The translations under genes were made by a program, and so were the position numbers. Shown one piece after another: positions 17,933-29,700 of a DNA stretch of 64,000 nt (its first letter is position 1; each line of letters starts with the position of its first letter). This DNA comes from a virus, in the IMG/VR virus record IMGVR_UViG_3300021961_000073, positions 5,076-69,075 of that record. The stretch is one strand, 5' to 3'. Under the pieces are notes generated by a model. The model did not search any database. It was not told where the DNA came from and saw only the letters and a list, made by a program, of their open reading frames with translations.

Positions 17933-20436
17933 TGGCAGATGAAGACATCAATCTAGACGAAGCAAGTATTACTAATTCTGGTGGCGGATTCTCTGATCCT
18001 AGAGGCGAATATCCTAGAGTAAATTATTATTATAAACCATCTTTAAACCAAGAAATTTATGGTCAAGCAAAAACTATAGTAGGACTTGGTGGTGGGGATC
18101 CTGCTGTTAATTTGATTGGATTTACAGCTGGTGATACGGTACCACCTCAATATGGTAAAATACAAATCCAAGAAACTGCTTCTGGGCATAAATTTATTAT
18201 GGATGATACGCCCGGCGGCGAGCGAGTGGTTGTGTATCATAAGACTGGGGCTGGCGTAGAGCTTAAGCCAGACGGAACTGTAAACATACGTTCTAAAAAT
18301 AATATGGCAATTATGATCGATGCAAATGGTGTAATATACACCGAAGGCGATCTACGAATCTCTGCTAAGAATCTATCTTTAGACGTCCGCGGCGATTTGG
18401 ATATGACAGTTCATAATGACTGGAAGATTAATGTAAAGGGCGATGTGAAGGAAAAGATTGAAGGGGCTTATAGACAAGAGATTCTTAAGAACTTCGGGCA
18501 AGAGGTCCACAAGAACGTTAATAAAACAGTATTGGGATCTGAAACACAAACAGTATTGGGAAATTACTATAACATAGTAAAGCTCAATGCTGAATATACT
18601 GTCGGACAAGAATTTAAGAATGCGGTAGGCGCTGGCTATAAAACTACAGCACAGGGTGAAATGGTACAATCGGCACCAAGCGTTAGTATCTCAGCAGGTG
18701 ATTTAAGTGTCGTAGGAGCTGGTGGTACGATTGGCGGCGATAAGATGATCTACTATGGAAACACCGCTCATATAGATCGTGTAAACTCTACAGCCATGTA
18801 TGCTACCACATTCCATGGCTCATTACACGGCAAAGCAGAGTTCGCTTCAAAGGCAGATCAGGCGGGCGTTGCTCCTCCTGGACCTGGTTCTGGCGGCGGT
18901 ACCTATACCTATGATTCAGCAGATAACAACATGACCACCGAACCAACTGAAGATATGATGGAGAAGGTTCTTACGTATTCTTCAAGAGGCGTGGTAAAAG
19001 TACAGGTTGATAAAGACGATTTCATTAAGAATAAGATCGATCGTACTGTGGATATGGGTAACGTAATTAATAGAAAACTGGATGCTAATGAAGTCCGGGT
19101 CAGAATGAAAGAAGAAAAGCATCAAAACAATTCCAAATTTATCGGTCAGGTAATTGCAGACAAGGTGCTTTCAGAGGCATATATCAATAAGACTCCACCA
19201 AATGTCGGAAGAACTTACAGCGGTCCTGGATCCGTATCGTTTGTCCCACAGGGGGCGAACGTTACAGCAGCTGGTACAGGAACAGGCAAATTCATTACTG
19301 GCAGTAGAGAAAGTTTCAAAGGATTTAAGCCTGATTCTAAATACGATCCAATGGCTATCCCGCCAATTGATGGTGTTACATCCATAAACTCAAAAACTGA
19401 AGTCGGGGCTGGAATACCTATCTCTACGTTCTTAACTGGTAGGGGATTCGCTACTAACCTAGGTCACTTGGGTACTTTCGAAGATAGACAAGCATTAGCC
19501 CGACAGCTCTTGTTACAATCTGAGGTTATTAAATTAGCCAGAAACAATAAGGATGCTTATAAAGATTTCAGATGTGTAGTTACTGAAGGCATATACAAAC
19601 CGTATGATACCGAGGAACTTACAGAGGGGGAAATACTAGATCTTTCTTCTAAGGGAAGAGCTATAACGTATGAATTGTTCGACGAAAGAAATAAACAATA
19701 TACTGAAATTACCTATCAATTCGCCGAATATCTTGCAGAATATCTAGTAGGATATGATAAGATTGCTTTATATTACGATCAATATGATCCCAAGGTTGAT
19801 GCTATTCACAGTCAAATAACTGTTATTATGCCAGAAGTAGATGATGAATATAAATGTGCACCTCCTACATATAAATTAGAAACATACTTCAACGGTAAGC
19901 TGTTAAGCAATAGTGATTTACAAGAAGTTATTAACTATTCTTCACCAGCAGTTGGTAAAATAGGTAACGCTATACCGGGGGAACAGATCTTACAATATGA
20001 GGTAAGTGGCATTCGTGATCTTCCTTGCAATAGATCATTTGAAAGGATATTGGTAGATTCAGCTAAAGCTGTTAAACTCGATAAGGTAGTTATTACCTCA
20101 GCTAAACAGCCTGGTACGAGTGGCAGAAGGCTTGGATCTATGAGACATGATACAGGTAATGCTGCCGATGTTTATTTAGTGTACAAAGGCAGAATCTTAA
20201 ATTCTTCTAAATTGACTGATAGAACTGTTATGATGAAATTTATTTCAGAGTGTGTTGGTCGTGGTGTTAGAGGCGCTGGTCATGGTGAAAAATATATGGG
20301 CCCAACAATTCTCCATTTAGATACGCTAGGACAGAGTCTCGGCTCCGGTCAATTTAATCCACAAATAACAACTACGTGGGGAGATTCTGAATGGCTTTTT
20401 GCTGCAGTAACTGATGCTAGAAACTCAATAGTTTAA
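17932..20436 (+). CDS. gp5 C-terminal beta-helix spike protein with C-terminal M15/LAS-type peptidase domain
   Basis: FSDPRGEYP, ETASGHKFIMDDTPGGER...HKTG, V.GD repeats; C-terminal RHDTGNAAD...LHLD. Confidence 0.75.
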   Translation: MADEDINLDEASITNSGGGFSDPRGEYPRVNYYYKPSLNQEIYGQAKTIVGLGGGDPAVNLIGFTAGDTVPPQYGKIQIQETASGHKFIMDDTPGGERVVVYHKTGAGVELKPDGTVNIRSKNNMAIMIDANGVIYTEGDLRISAKNLSLDVRGDLDMTVHNDWKINVKGDVKEKIEGAYRQEILKNFGQEVHKNVNKTVLGSETQTVLGNYYNIVKLNAEYTVGQEFKNAVGAGYKTTAQGEMVQSAPSVSISAGDLSVVGAGGTIGGDKMIYYGNTAHIDRVNSTAMYATTFHGSLHGKAEFASKADQAGVAPPGPGSGGGTYTYDSADNNMTTEPTEDMMEKVLTYSSRGVVKVQVDKDDFIKNKIDRTVDMGNVINRKLDANEVRVRMKEEKHQNNSKFIGQVIADKVLSEAYINKTPPNVGRTYSGPGSVSFVPQGANVTAAGTGTGKFITGSRESFKGFKPDSKYDPMAIPPIDGVTSINSKTEVGAGIPISTFLTGRGFATNLGHLGTFEDRQALARQLLLQSEVIKLARNNKDAYKDFRCVVTEGIYKPYDTEELTEGEILDLSSKGRAITYELFDERNKQYTEITYQFAEYLAEYLVGYDKIALYYDQYDPKVDAIHSQITVIMPEVDDEYKCAPPTYKLETYFNGKLLSNSDLQEVINYSSPAVGKIGNAIPGEQILQYEVSGIRDLPCNRSFERILVDSAKAVKLDKVVITSAKQPGTSGRRLGSMRHDTGNAADVYLVYKGRILNSSKLTDRTVMMKFISECVGRGVRGAGHGEKYMGPTILHLDTLGQSLGSGQFNPQITTTWGDSEWLFAAVTDARNSIV

Positions 20437-20459
20437 ACTCATAATTCGGATAAAACAGT

Positions 20460-20467
20460 TATAAATA
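20460..20467 (+). promoter_or_regulatory. Late promoter (TATAAATA)
   Basis: Exact T4 late consensus upstream of gp25. Confidence 0.8.
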
Positions 20468-20488
20468 AGAAGAAACCCTGAGGAAAAT

Positions 20489-20929
20489 ATGGCTAGAGCT
20501 TTAGCATTAGAGGATAAAAATCTTTCAGTCTCGTCTGTAAACATGGTGAGACGACGGGTTTATAGTGATATAGATCTAACCTTTGCATCCAAACAAAACG
20601 GTGACATTTATAAGAAGACTGAAGCTGCTGCTGTTAAGCAAGCAGTAAAAAATTTAATTTTAACTAATTATCATGAAAAACCGTTTAATCCTACTTTTGG
20701 ATGTAGCATCAGATCTTTATTATTCGAACTTGCAGACGATGACACAGCATTTGAAATAGAAAATAATGTTAAAAACGCTATTGAAAGATGGGAACCGAGA
20801 GCAAGACTTTTATCGGTTATTGCCAACGTTGCTTTAGATAATAATTCCGTAGATGTAACAGTAATTTTTAAGGTAATTAATACTGAAGAAGAAGTTACCT
20901 TTACTACAACTCTGATAAGGTTGAGATAA
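20489..20929 (+). CDS. gp25: Baseplate wedge subunit gp25
   Basis: YSDIDL.F, AVKQAVKNLILTN..EKPF.P.FG, I.RWEPR. Confidence 0.92.
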   Translation: MARALALEDKNLSVSSVNMVRRRVYSDIDLTFASKQNGDIYKKTEAAAVKQAVKNLILTNYHEKPFNPTFGCSIRSLLFELADDDTAFEIENNVKNAIERWEPRARLLSVIANVALDNNSVDVTVIFKVINTEEEVTFTTTLIRLR

Positions 20930-22756
20930 ATGGCTACTACTATTAGATCCAGCGCACTAGATTTCGAAAACATAAAAGCGAATCTTAGGACTTATATTAA
21001 AGCTAAGCCCGAATTTGCAGATTACGACTTTGAGGCTGCTGGTCTTAGCAATATAATGGATCTACTTGCCTACAATACACACGTAAACGGATTAGTAGCC
21101 AACTTTACCTTAAACGAATCCTTCCTGGGTACAGCACAGCTCAGAGCTTCCGTGGTTTCACTAGCCACTGGTATTGGTTATATTCCTGATACTAAAACCG
21201 CTTCTAGAGGTAGCGTTAGGGTTAGTGTAAATCTATCCGGTTTAGCTGGACGCCCTTCTACTATTACTCTACCAGCTTATACTAGATTTACTTCATCTTT
21301 AGACGATCTTCAATATACGTTCCAAACAATTGATCAATTTTCAGCTGTTGATGATGGATCAGGAGTTTATGTATTTCAAACGAATGATGGTTCCACATCT
21401 TTACCAATATATGAAGGCCAACGGAAAACCAAGACATTTATAGTAGGCGAGTATAGCGAAAAAGACGTCTATATTATTCCAGATGTAAATTTAGATGCTG
21501 ATACCGTTTCAGTCGAAGTATATGAAAGTTTCAGCAGTGATCAGAAAACCAATTATACTAATATCATAGATGCAACTTCTGTTAATGAAAATTCTACAAT
21601 CTATATTTTGAAAGAAGCTCCTAATGAATTTTTCCAATTAAGCTTTGGTGCAAATGATATCTTAGGTAAAGCACCGGTCGCCGGAAATACTATTAGAGTA
21701 AATTATATTTCTACCAATGGTAAAGATGCAAATGCGGCTTCAGGATTTACTGCAGTTGATGACGTAACAGTCTTAGGCGTAGATTATAACTTAAGCGTTA
21801 CTACCGTATCCAAATCAATAGGTGGTGATGATAAAGAATCCATCGAATCAATTCGTAGAAATGCACCGTTCCAATATGCTACACAAAATAGAATGGTTAC
21901 ACCCGAAGACTATACATCAATTATTCTCCGTAACTATTCAACCCTAATTAAAGATATAAAATCTTGGGGTGGAGAGGATAATCCATCTCCAAAATTCGGG
22001 ACGGTATTCTCATCTATTCTTTTCGAAGATGATGTTACTGAAGCACAAGTAAATGAAACGAAAAGAGCTATAGAAGATCTCGTAAAGCAATTAGCTATCA
22101 TTTCTTTCAGGGTGGAATTTGCAGATCCAGTTGAGACATTTGTAGAAACTGACGTATACTTCCAAATTAACCCTAAACTTACTCCTCTTTCATTGAACGC
22201 AGTAAATATAGAAGTTAAAGCTGAAATCGCTAATTATTTCTCTACAACTATAGGTGGATTTAGTCAATCTTTTAGACGTTCTAATCTTTTAACTTTAATA
22301 GATGACATCAGCCCTGCTATTCTTTCCTCGAGAGCAGACGTTCGAATGCAACAAAGAATAACCCCAACTATTGGCGCATTGAACAGTTTTAATTTAACTT
22401 TCCCAGTTAATCTAAGAGTGCCAGACGACGAAGCACCAGTTATCACTAGCACAAGCTTTGTAGTTCAGAATACGACTGTTAGGATTGAAAATAAACTAGG
22501 TTCTAATCAGCTTCGGATCGTAGATGTTGGGTCTGGAGATATTATAGTAGATAACGTAGGAAACTATGAGCCTACTTTGAGAAGAGTGAATTTGGTAGCT
22601 TTCAAGCCTACGAGTTTACTTGGTGGTAACGATTTTATAAAGATATCTGCAATACCAGCTAACCAATCAGCAATCAGTCCTATATTAAATGACATATTAA
22701 AATATGATGAAGATGCGTCAACTATCCAACCAGTACTGACATCGGCCCAGAACTAA
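20930..22756 (+). CDS. gp6: Baseplate wedge subunit gp6
   Basis: LDFENIK.NL, DYDFE..GLS..MDLLAYNTH, ESIESIR.NAP..YATQNRMVT.EDY, WGGEDN.P. Confidence 0.95.
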   Translation: MATTIRSSALDFENIKANLRTYIKAKPEFADYDFEAAGLSNIMDLLAYNTHVNGLVANFTLNESFLGTAQLRASVVSLATGIGYIPDTKTASRGSVRVSVNLSGLAGRPSTITLPAYTRFTSSLDDLQYTFQTIDQFSAVDDGSGVYVFQTNDGSTSLPIYEGQRKTKTFIVGEYSEKDVYIIPDVNLDADTVSVEVYESFSSDQKTNYTNIIDATSVNENSTIYILKEAPNEFFQLSFGANDILGKAPVAGNTIRVNYISTNGKDANAASGFTAVDDVTVLGVDYNLSVTTVSKSIGGDDKESIESIRRNAPFQYATQNRMVTPEDYTSIILRNYSTLIKDIKSWGGEDNPSPKFGTVFSSILFEDDVTEAQVNETKRAIEDLVKQLAIISFRVEFADPVETFVETDVYFQINPKLTPLSLNAVNIEVKAEIANYFSTTIGGFSQSFRRSNLLTLIDDISPAILSSRADVRMQQRITPTIGALNSFNLTFPVNLRVPDDEAPVITSTSFVVQNTTVRIENKLGSNQLRIVDVGSGDIIVDNVGNYEPTLRRVNLVAFKPTSLLGGNDFIKISAIPANQSAISPILNDILKYDEDASTIQPVLTSAQN

Positions 22757-24153
22757 TGTCTGATCAAACTCTAAGAGACCTAAACAGAAGACCGATCTCT
22801 CTGGAGAATAACCAGATTCGTGAGGCTTTGCCTTCGTACTTTCAAGAAGAGTTTCCGACTTTAGTTAAACTCTTTGAATACTATTTTCAATATATGGATT
22901 CTGATGGTGTTAATAATGATCATGCTTTCGGTAGAAAAATTAAAGATTTACATCTTAGTAGAGATATAGGTCAAACACCACAACAAAATCTTACGTATAT
23001 TGAAGACGAATTACTCTTAGGTCAGAACTACCTCGAAGGTATTTTAGACAATAGAACAGGTGCTGAGCTTTCTAATAACTTCTATAGAACAAAGGGCACA
23101 AAATATTCTATAGAAAGATTCTTTCGTTCATTCTTTGCAACTGATCCAGATGTTGTATATGGCAAGGATCTAATCTTTGAAATTAGTGCTCCTTCAACTG
23201 CACATGTTCAAAGATTTACTATTACAACTGGTGCAACATTAACTGAAACTACAAGCACTGTTGGTAGAACAAGATACTACGCTTACTCAGGAAGTTTAAC
23301 AGTAACTTTAGGTGGAAATGAATTTACTGTTCCAATTAGTATTGCAGCCTCAGAAGCTCAAAGACTTAGTACAACACTAACACCAAATGAAACAAGATAT
23401 TATCTCACCCAAGGAAGTTACGTTAAAGACGGAAGAACATTATGGAAAACTAGGGTAAGACCTGCAACTGGTGAATTATGGTTCGAATCACAATATGATG
23501 GATCACAAGTTAATCTATTTAGTATAGAAGGTGGGGCAATAGGTTATAATACCTATGCACAAGTTGTCGGTAAAAGCGGGGTAGGAACACCCATAGGACC
23601 AGCTTCAGGTAAGTACATCTTAAACGATAAGATTTACCAATATTGGGGAATATTACTTAAGACTGATATTGCCCAATCCGAATGGTTAGAACTTTACAAA
23701 TTATTTGTACATCCTGGTGGTATGTACGTAGGATCTGAGGTTCAGATCGTTTCTGTAAATGCTGATATTAGCTTTGATAATATGCCTATCAGCGTACCTC
23801 CTCCATCTATCGATCCAGTCTTCCTCTCGGTTGCTACTATAACAACTACGCCTCTTACTGAAGCATCTGGTATTATTCCACATTCTACCACGGGAGATGG
23901 CAAGGTGCGGACGAATCTTACCCAGTACAGAATTCAAGATTACACTGACAGCAGTTACGTTTCTGGTGATTCCGATCTCTTCGGATCTATCGGATATCAG
24001 ACTGCTTACTATCAGTCGATCAAGGATCTTATCCAAGAAACCTCACCGACTGTCGACGAAGATTCTGACGGCGTAACAGAAACAGCTATGAAGATGTCTA
24101 ACATCCAAGAGACTATGGACCAAGACGAATTCTTCTATTATGATTCAGCATAA
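22756..24153 (+). CDS. Baseplate wedge initiator gp7-like
   Basis: LP.YFQEEFP.LV.LFEYY, FYRTKGTKYS...FFR.FF, YKLFVHPGG; lies between gp6 and gp8. Confidence 0.7.
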   Translation: MSDQTLRDLNRRPISLENNQIREALPSYFQEEFPTLVKLFEYYFQYMDSDGVNNDHAFGRKIKDLHLSRDIGQTPQQNLTYIEDELLLGQNYLEGILDNRTGAELSNNFYRTKGTKYSIERFFRSFFATDPDVVYGKDLIFEISAPSTAHVQRFTITTGATLTETTSTVGRTRYYAYSGSLTVTLGGNEFTVPISIAASEAQRLSTTLTPNETRYYLTQGSYVKDGRTLWKTRVRPATGELWFESQYDGSQVNLFSIEGGAIGYNTYAQVVGKSGVGTPIGPASGKYILNDKIYQYWGILLKTDIAQSEWLELYKLFVHPGGMYVGSEVQIVSVNADISFDNMPISVPPPSIDPVFLSVATITTTPLTEASGIIPHSTTGDGKVRTNLTQYRIQDYTDSSYVSGDSDLFGSIGYQTAYYQSIKDLIQETSPTVDEDSDGVTETAMKMSNIQETMDQDEFFYYDSA

Positions 24154-24157
24154 CTTG

Positions 24158-24165
24158 TATAAATA
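24158..24165 (+). promoter_or_regulatory. Late promoter (TATAAATA)
   Basis: Exact consensus in intergenic space. Confidence 0.8.
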
Positions 24166-24190
24166 CAGATATTACCAAGCAGGATAAACC

Positions 24191-25285
24191 ATGGCACGTC
24201 AAAATATTAATATCGGCTCGGCCGCAAATGATGGGACTGGCGATACGCTAAGAACGACTGGTCGCAAGATCAATGAGAATTTTGTAGAAATCTATCAAAT
24301 CCTCGGTGGCGACAGTAATATTGCTTATAGTAACGTCAGACTCGGTAATAATACCCTTACATTTGAAGGTGTAGCGGAAGACGCTTACGAAACAACGATA
24401 ACAGCTATCGAGCCGGTTGCCGATGCTCAAATTACTATACCGAACACTTCCGGTCAATTTATACTTGACAGTGCTACCCAAACGCTTACAAACAAGACAT
24501 TAGTAGATCCTCTTTTAAAGCATCCCGACATTGGCGATTCGGCTGGCGGTACTTCTTACACATACGCTTTTAGACCTAATAAAGGTTTAGCTGCCAATAG
24601 AAATTTAACACTGCCGCTAATTACAGTTGACGATCACTTAATTTCTAGAACATCGACTGATACCCTTACAAATAAAAGATTGTTTAATGCCAGACTATCT
24701 GGTAAAGATGTTCGAATTGATTCGGATATAAACGATGCAACAGGTAACCCAGTTATCCGTATTGCTACTAGTGCTAGCTCGGTTAATTACATACAGTTTG
24801 AAGGTGCTGCAACAAGTAACGACCCAATCATCCAGACTACTGGTACAGACACAAACATAGATCTGAGATTAGCTGGTAAAGGAACCGGTAGCGTTAGATT
24901 ACTGAGTGCTACACAACATGCTTCCACTAACCATTCTTCTACCGGATCAGAGATTGATCTGAATGACGATGTTAGTTATTTTACAGCTTCATCGGGAACT
25001 CAAAAACACGTGCTCCCTAGAGGAACAGATAGAAGCGGTCACATCCACACCTTCGCAAACGTAGGTGGAGCCATAGCAATAGTTATTGTGGATTCTGATG
25101 GAAGTGGAAATAGCTATTTGGGTTCAAGCGGTGGTACATATGGAAGATTTAGGATTCAACCTTACCAATCTATTCAAGCCGTTTACTCTTCTGCCGGTGA
25201 TGAAGGTTGGTATTTAATCGGACTAGATTCAGATGGCGGTCTAGGATCAAATATTGTCCTAGGTACAAAGGCCACGATGCCATGA
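24191..25285 (+). CDS. Baseplate wedge / fibre connector (gp9/gp10-like N-terminus)
   Basis: MARQNINIGSAANDGTGDTLR..G.KINENF.EIY. Confidence 0.75.
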   Translation: MARQNINIGSAANDGTGDTLRTTGRKINENFVEIYQILGGDSNIAYSNVRLGNNTLTFEGVAEDAYETTITAIEPVADAQITIPNTSGQFILDSATQTLTNKTLVDPLLKHPDIGDSAGGTSYTYAFRPNKGLAANRNLTLPLITVDDHLISRTSTDTLTNKRLFNARLSGKDVRIDSDINDATGNPVIRIATSASSVNYIQFEGAATSNDPIIQTTGTDTNIDLRLAGKGTGSVRLLSATQHASTNHSSTGSEIDLNDDVSYFTASSGTQKHVLPRGTDRSGHIHTFANVGGAIAIVIVDSDGSGNSYLGSSGGTYGRFRIQPYQSIQAVYSSAGDEGWYLIGLDSDGGLGSNIVLGTKATMP

Positions 25286-25302
25286 TGATAAGGAAAAACT
25301 AA

Positions 25303-26709
25303 ATGGCTGCTATAATTACAGATCAACTTAAAAGACAGATAATCCAAGATCTCTTTGATGATATCACGGATTCTGCTGGTGCAAAATATTATATTGGGAT
25401 TGGAAGATCTCAGACCTGGAACGATTCTGATGTAGCTCCTACCCCGATCAACTCAGAGCGGGAAGCTAGAAACTTCCGATTGAATATGCAATCTATGAAA
25501 AGAGTTGCTGATTATTCTTTCGTGGTTCCAAGACATAACTGGTCTTCTGGTACTGTATATTCTCAGTATAACGATAATATTAGCGGTTATCCACTTAACC
25601 CTTACTACGTAATTACTGAAGCCAACTCAGTTTATATCTGCATTCGTCAAGCACGAAATAATGCAGGTGTAGCACAAGTTTCAACGGTAGAGCCAACAGG
25701 GGTATTAACTACACCATTTACAACCTCTGACGATTATACCTGGAAGTTCTTATATAATATTAACACGTTGGACGCTTCTAAGTTCTTATCAGCAAACTAT
25801 ATGCCAGTTCAATACATAGCCAAATTAGACTCTGATGGCGCTGGATCAATAACCTCACCAGCTTCTTATATAGAGCAAAAGGGGGTTCAAAACGCAGCAG
25901 TTGTTGGTGGATTGGCAAACATTACTGTAACTTCTGGTGGAGCAGGATACGATGCATCAAACCCACCAAACATTGTAATTAGAGGCGATGGCAAACATGC
26001 CTCAGCTGTTGCAACTATAACAAGTGGGGTTATAACAAATATAGAATTTGAAGACTCTACTAATGGTGTACCTCTTTTAGGTAACGATTATAACTTTGCA
26101 CAAGTAGTATTCTCTGGTGGTGGTGCACCAACTACAGAGGCAACTGCTAGAGTCGGATTAGCCCCCATCGGCGGATTTGGCGCAGATCCTAGAAATGATT
26201 TACGATCCACTGCAATTATGTTTAACGTCAAGCCTGATGGTGAAGAAGGCGGCGAATTTGTAGTTGGTGGTGCATTTAGACAAATCGGTATTATACGTAA
26301 TCCTGAACTACCAGATTCAGATGCCGCATTTACTGCTATCGCAGGTAATGCTCTCCGTAGACTGCAGCTTGCCGGATCAGGTGGCCCAGGTCTAAATATT
26401 GTGGTAGGTACTACTATCACGGGGCAAACAACTGGCGCTAAAGCTATAGTAGATAAGGTTGATTCTGATGAAGTTTGGTATCATCAAAATGAAACAACTG
26501 GATTTTTACAATTCCAAGAAGCTGAAACTATCTCAGATGGTGCTAACACTGCATCAATACAAGCTGTAATAACAGATGCTGATTCTGATGCTTATGTAGA
26601 AGGTACGGTAGATCCGTTCAGTGGAAAGATCCTATATATTGAGAACAGAGCAAAAGTAGATAGATCTACAACCCAAACTGAAGACATTAAACTGATCATC
26701 CAGATATAA
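25303..26709 (+). CDS. gp8: Baseplate wedge subunit gp8
   Basis: MAAIITDQ, YYIGIGR, VVPR.NW.SG, D.Y.WKFLY, FRQIGIIRNP, SG.ILYIENR, QTEDIKLII. Confidence 0.9.
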   Translation: MAAIITDQLKRQIIQDLFDDITDSAGAKYYIGIGRSQTWNDSDVAPTPINSEREARNFRLNMQSMKRVADYSFVVPRHNWSSGTVYSQYNDNISGYPLNPYYVITEANSVYICIRQARNNAGVAQVSTVEPTGVLTTPFTTSDDYTWKFLYNINTLDASKFLSANYMPVQYIAKLDSDGAGSITSPASYIEQKGVQNAAVVGGLANITVTSGGAGYDASNPPNIVIRGDGKHASAVATITSGVITNIEFEDSTNGVPLLGNDYNFAQVVFSGGGAPTTEATARVGLAPIGGFGADPRNDLRSTAIMFNVKPDGEEGGEFVVGGAFRQIGIIRNPELPDSDAAFTAIAGNALRRLQLAGSGGPGLNIVVGTTITGQTTGAKAIVDKVDSDEVWYHQNETTGFLQFQEAETISDGANTASIQAVITDADSDAYVEGTVDPFSGKILYIENRAKVDRSTTQTEDIKLIIQI

Positions 26710-26718
26710 GGATAGACC

Positions 26719-29700
26719 ATGGTAAGCCAAGTAATTAAAGAGACTTTCAGAAGAAATTACGCAGACGATTACAGGGATAGTGACAACTACTATAAAATCC
26801 TGTTCAATTCTGGTAGGGCTTTGCAGCAAAGAGAATTAAATCAGCTGCAAACTATTATTAATAAAGATATTGAAGAATTTGGCAATAATGAATTTCATGC
26901 TGGTTCAGCTGTTTCAGGCGGAGCTCCTGCGCCTGAAACCTCTGTCCCTTTTATTAAATTAACGGGTCTTGGGGATTTAACAGCAGCTCAGTTAAGAAAT
27001 ACCGAATGGTTACAATCAGGATCAGAAGGTCTTGAATTAAGAATTGAATTTGCTACTGCTGCAACAGACACTGATCCTGCTACCATATTCGTAACATATA
27101 CAAGTAGTAATTCTCAAAGTACTACTGAACAGCTTGTAGCATCAGCAGGAAGAACCTTAACCTACAACGGATCAGCTGCTGCTTTAGTAGGGAAAACATT
27201 AACTATCCAATCCACAGATACTTCTTCTAATCCTGCTACGGGATTTGGAACTTTATATACGATCTCTGCTGGAAGATTCTTTGTTAATGGCCACTTTGTC
27301 TATTCAGATACACAAACTGTCGTTATTTCTAAATACACTAGAACACCTACTGCTGTAATTGGATGGTTAGTTACAGAATCGATCGTTAAGGTAGAAGATG
27401 ATGAAAATCTATACGATAATTCTGGTGCTAATTTAAATATTTCTGCCCCTGGGGCAGATCGATATAAAATAACCTTAACTTTAACTACAAAAGATTTGGT
27501 AGATTCTGATCAGTATTTTATACCGTTAGCAAATATGGAGAATGGATCAGTATATTCAGATCGAAATACTGCAGAATTAAACTTTGGGGATAAAGCTAAC
27601 GAAGACTTTTTTGCTATCCGGCACTATAAAACTCATGGAAATTTTAAGGTTGAAGGTGGAAGAGTAGACATACAATCTTCACCGACGGATGCTACTCAAT
27701 GGCAAGTGGATATACAACCCCTTTTGGCATTCTTAGAAGGTACCTTTATTAGAACAACTGGTAATATTCCTCTAACAACGCCTAAGCCTAGAACTACTAC
27801 TACTTTACAAAATGAGGCAACTACCGTTAGCTTTGGTAATTATATTATCTCAGATAATTTAAATGGTATTTTCAATTTTGAAGCCTTTGAAGAGATTAAT
27901 CTATATTCTGCTGTTACTGCAGGCGGTTCAGTATTAGGTACAGCAAAAGTTAGGGCTATTGATAAATTTGGAACAGACTATAGGATCTACCTCTTTGAAG
28001 TTGACCTAGGATCTAATAATTTCTCTCAAATCAGAAGTATAGGTAATAGTTCTACAGATTATGCTGATATTAAACTTCAAGGCGGCATAGCCAAGCTATA
28101 TGATCAACAAGAAAACAACCTTCTCATGCCGTTGCCTAGAACTAGGCCTTCTGCAGTTAGTGACGTAGTTATTACAGTTCAGAGAGTAGATGAAGTTACC
28201 GATGGCGATAACGACGGCACAATTTCTTTTAATACTGCCTCAGGTTACGTTGTTGACGATACTAGCTCTTGGATCGTAATCCGAACTGATACGGGCGCAG
28301 TAGTTACTGGATATAATACGAGTGGTTCCAGTGGTACCTCTGTAGTAATATCAGGTCTTCCGACTGGTACATTAACTTTCCGTGTAGTTACATATCAGCA
28401 ATCAACTGGATCAGTAGGAAGATCTAAAACTAAAACTTTAGTTAGTGGGGCTACTAAAACAGCAAGTCTATCATCTGGATCATTGGATCTAGATCACGTA
28501 GACATATATGCTCTTAATTCTGTTACGGTAGGTGGTGTAGACGTAACCGATGAATTTATATTCGATGATGGTCAAAGAGATAACTTCTATGATGTAGGTA
28601 ATATTACTTTAAAAGGTGGATCATCAGTAAGCTCTAGTGCTTCAGTTACGGTAAATTATGATTACTTTAGTCATAGTGGTACTGGTAATTTCTTCTCCGT
28701 AAGTAGTTACGGTGGGCAGGTTACTTATGAAAATATCCCAAGCCACCAACAAAAGAACGGTGAAAGAGTTAGTCTAAGAGATGTTTTAGACTTTAGACCA
28801 TCTAGAACACCAGGTGCTACTACCTTCGGAGAAAGATTTAAGTTACCGCAAAATGGCGATAACGTAACTGCTGATATTACCTATTACTTAGGAACTAGGG
28901 CAAGGGTATTTCTTACTAAAGATATGAGAGGAAATATCATACAAGGCCCTCCTGCATTAAATCCAGTACACGTAGACACTGGTGCAGAAACAATGACCAT
29001 TGCAGAGATTGATTTCGCACCATATGGATTGGATGATAAAGATTTTAAAATAAAGTATGTTGGTAATAGACGATATACTATGGCAGATATCGCTCAAATC
29101 GATCGCAGATTAGAGGATCTTGAAGAATTAACTTCTCTTACGATGTTAGAGCTTAATACTCGAAATAAATCTATTTTGGATTCTGATGGGCTAGATCGAC
29201 TTAAGTCCGGTATAACTGCAGATAACTTTACAGACCATTACCAATCAGATAAATGGCTTGAGAATATTCCGGGCAAAGCAGAGCGAGCTAATCCAGAATA
29301 TAGAGCTTCTATTGATTTTGTCAGAGGTGAATTAACTCCTAGAACCTTAGAAAATTCTATTGATCTAGTTTTTGATTCTGCTGACGGGGATAACAGTAAT
29401 GTAGTCTTAAAAGGCGATAATATTATGTTATCCTATACCCAAGAGGAATATAAATTCCAAAATAGTTTTTCTAGAGCAATTGAAGTAGCCCCTCAAGCCC
29501 TTCCAAAATTCGTTGGTCGGATTACACTATCTCCCGCATCTGATGTTTGGATCGATATAGAAAGATTACCTAAAAAGGTTATTACAGGAGATCCTAGAAT
29601 ATCTCAAGATCCAAATGATACTACAAACTGGGCTGGTACATCTTGGACTGGTATGAAAATATCAGATCTTTCAAAAGCACAATTTGGTGATATAGTATAT

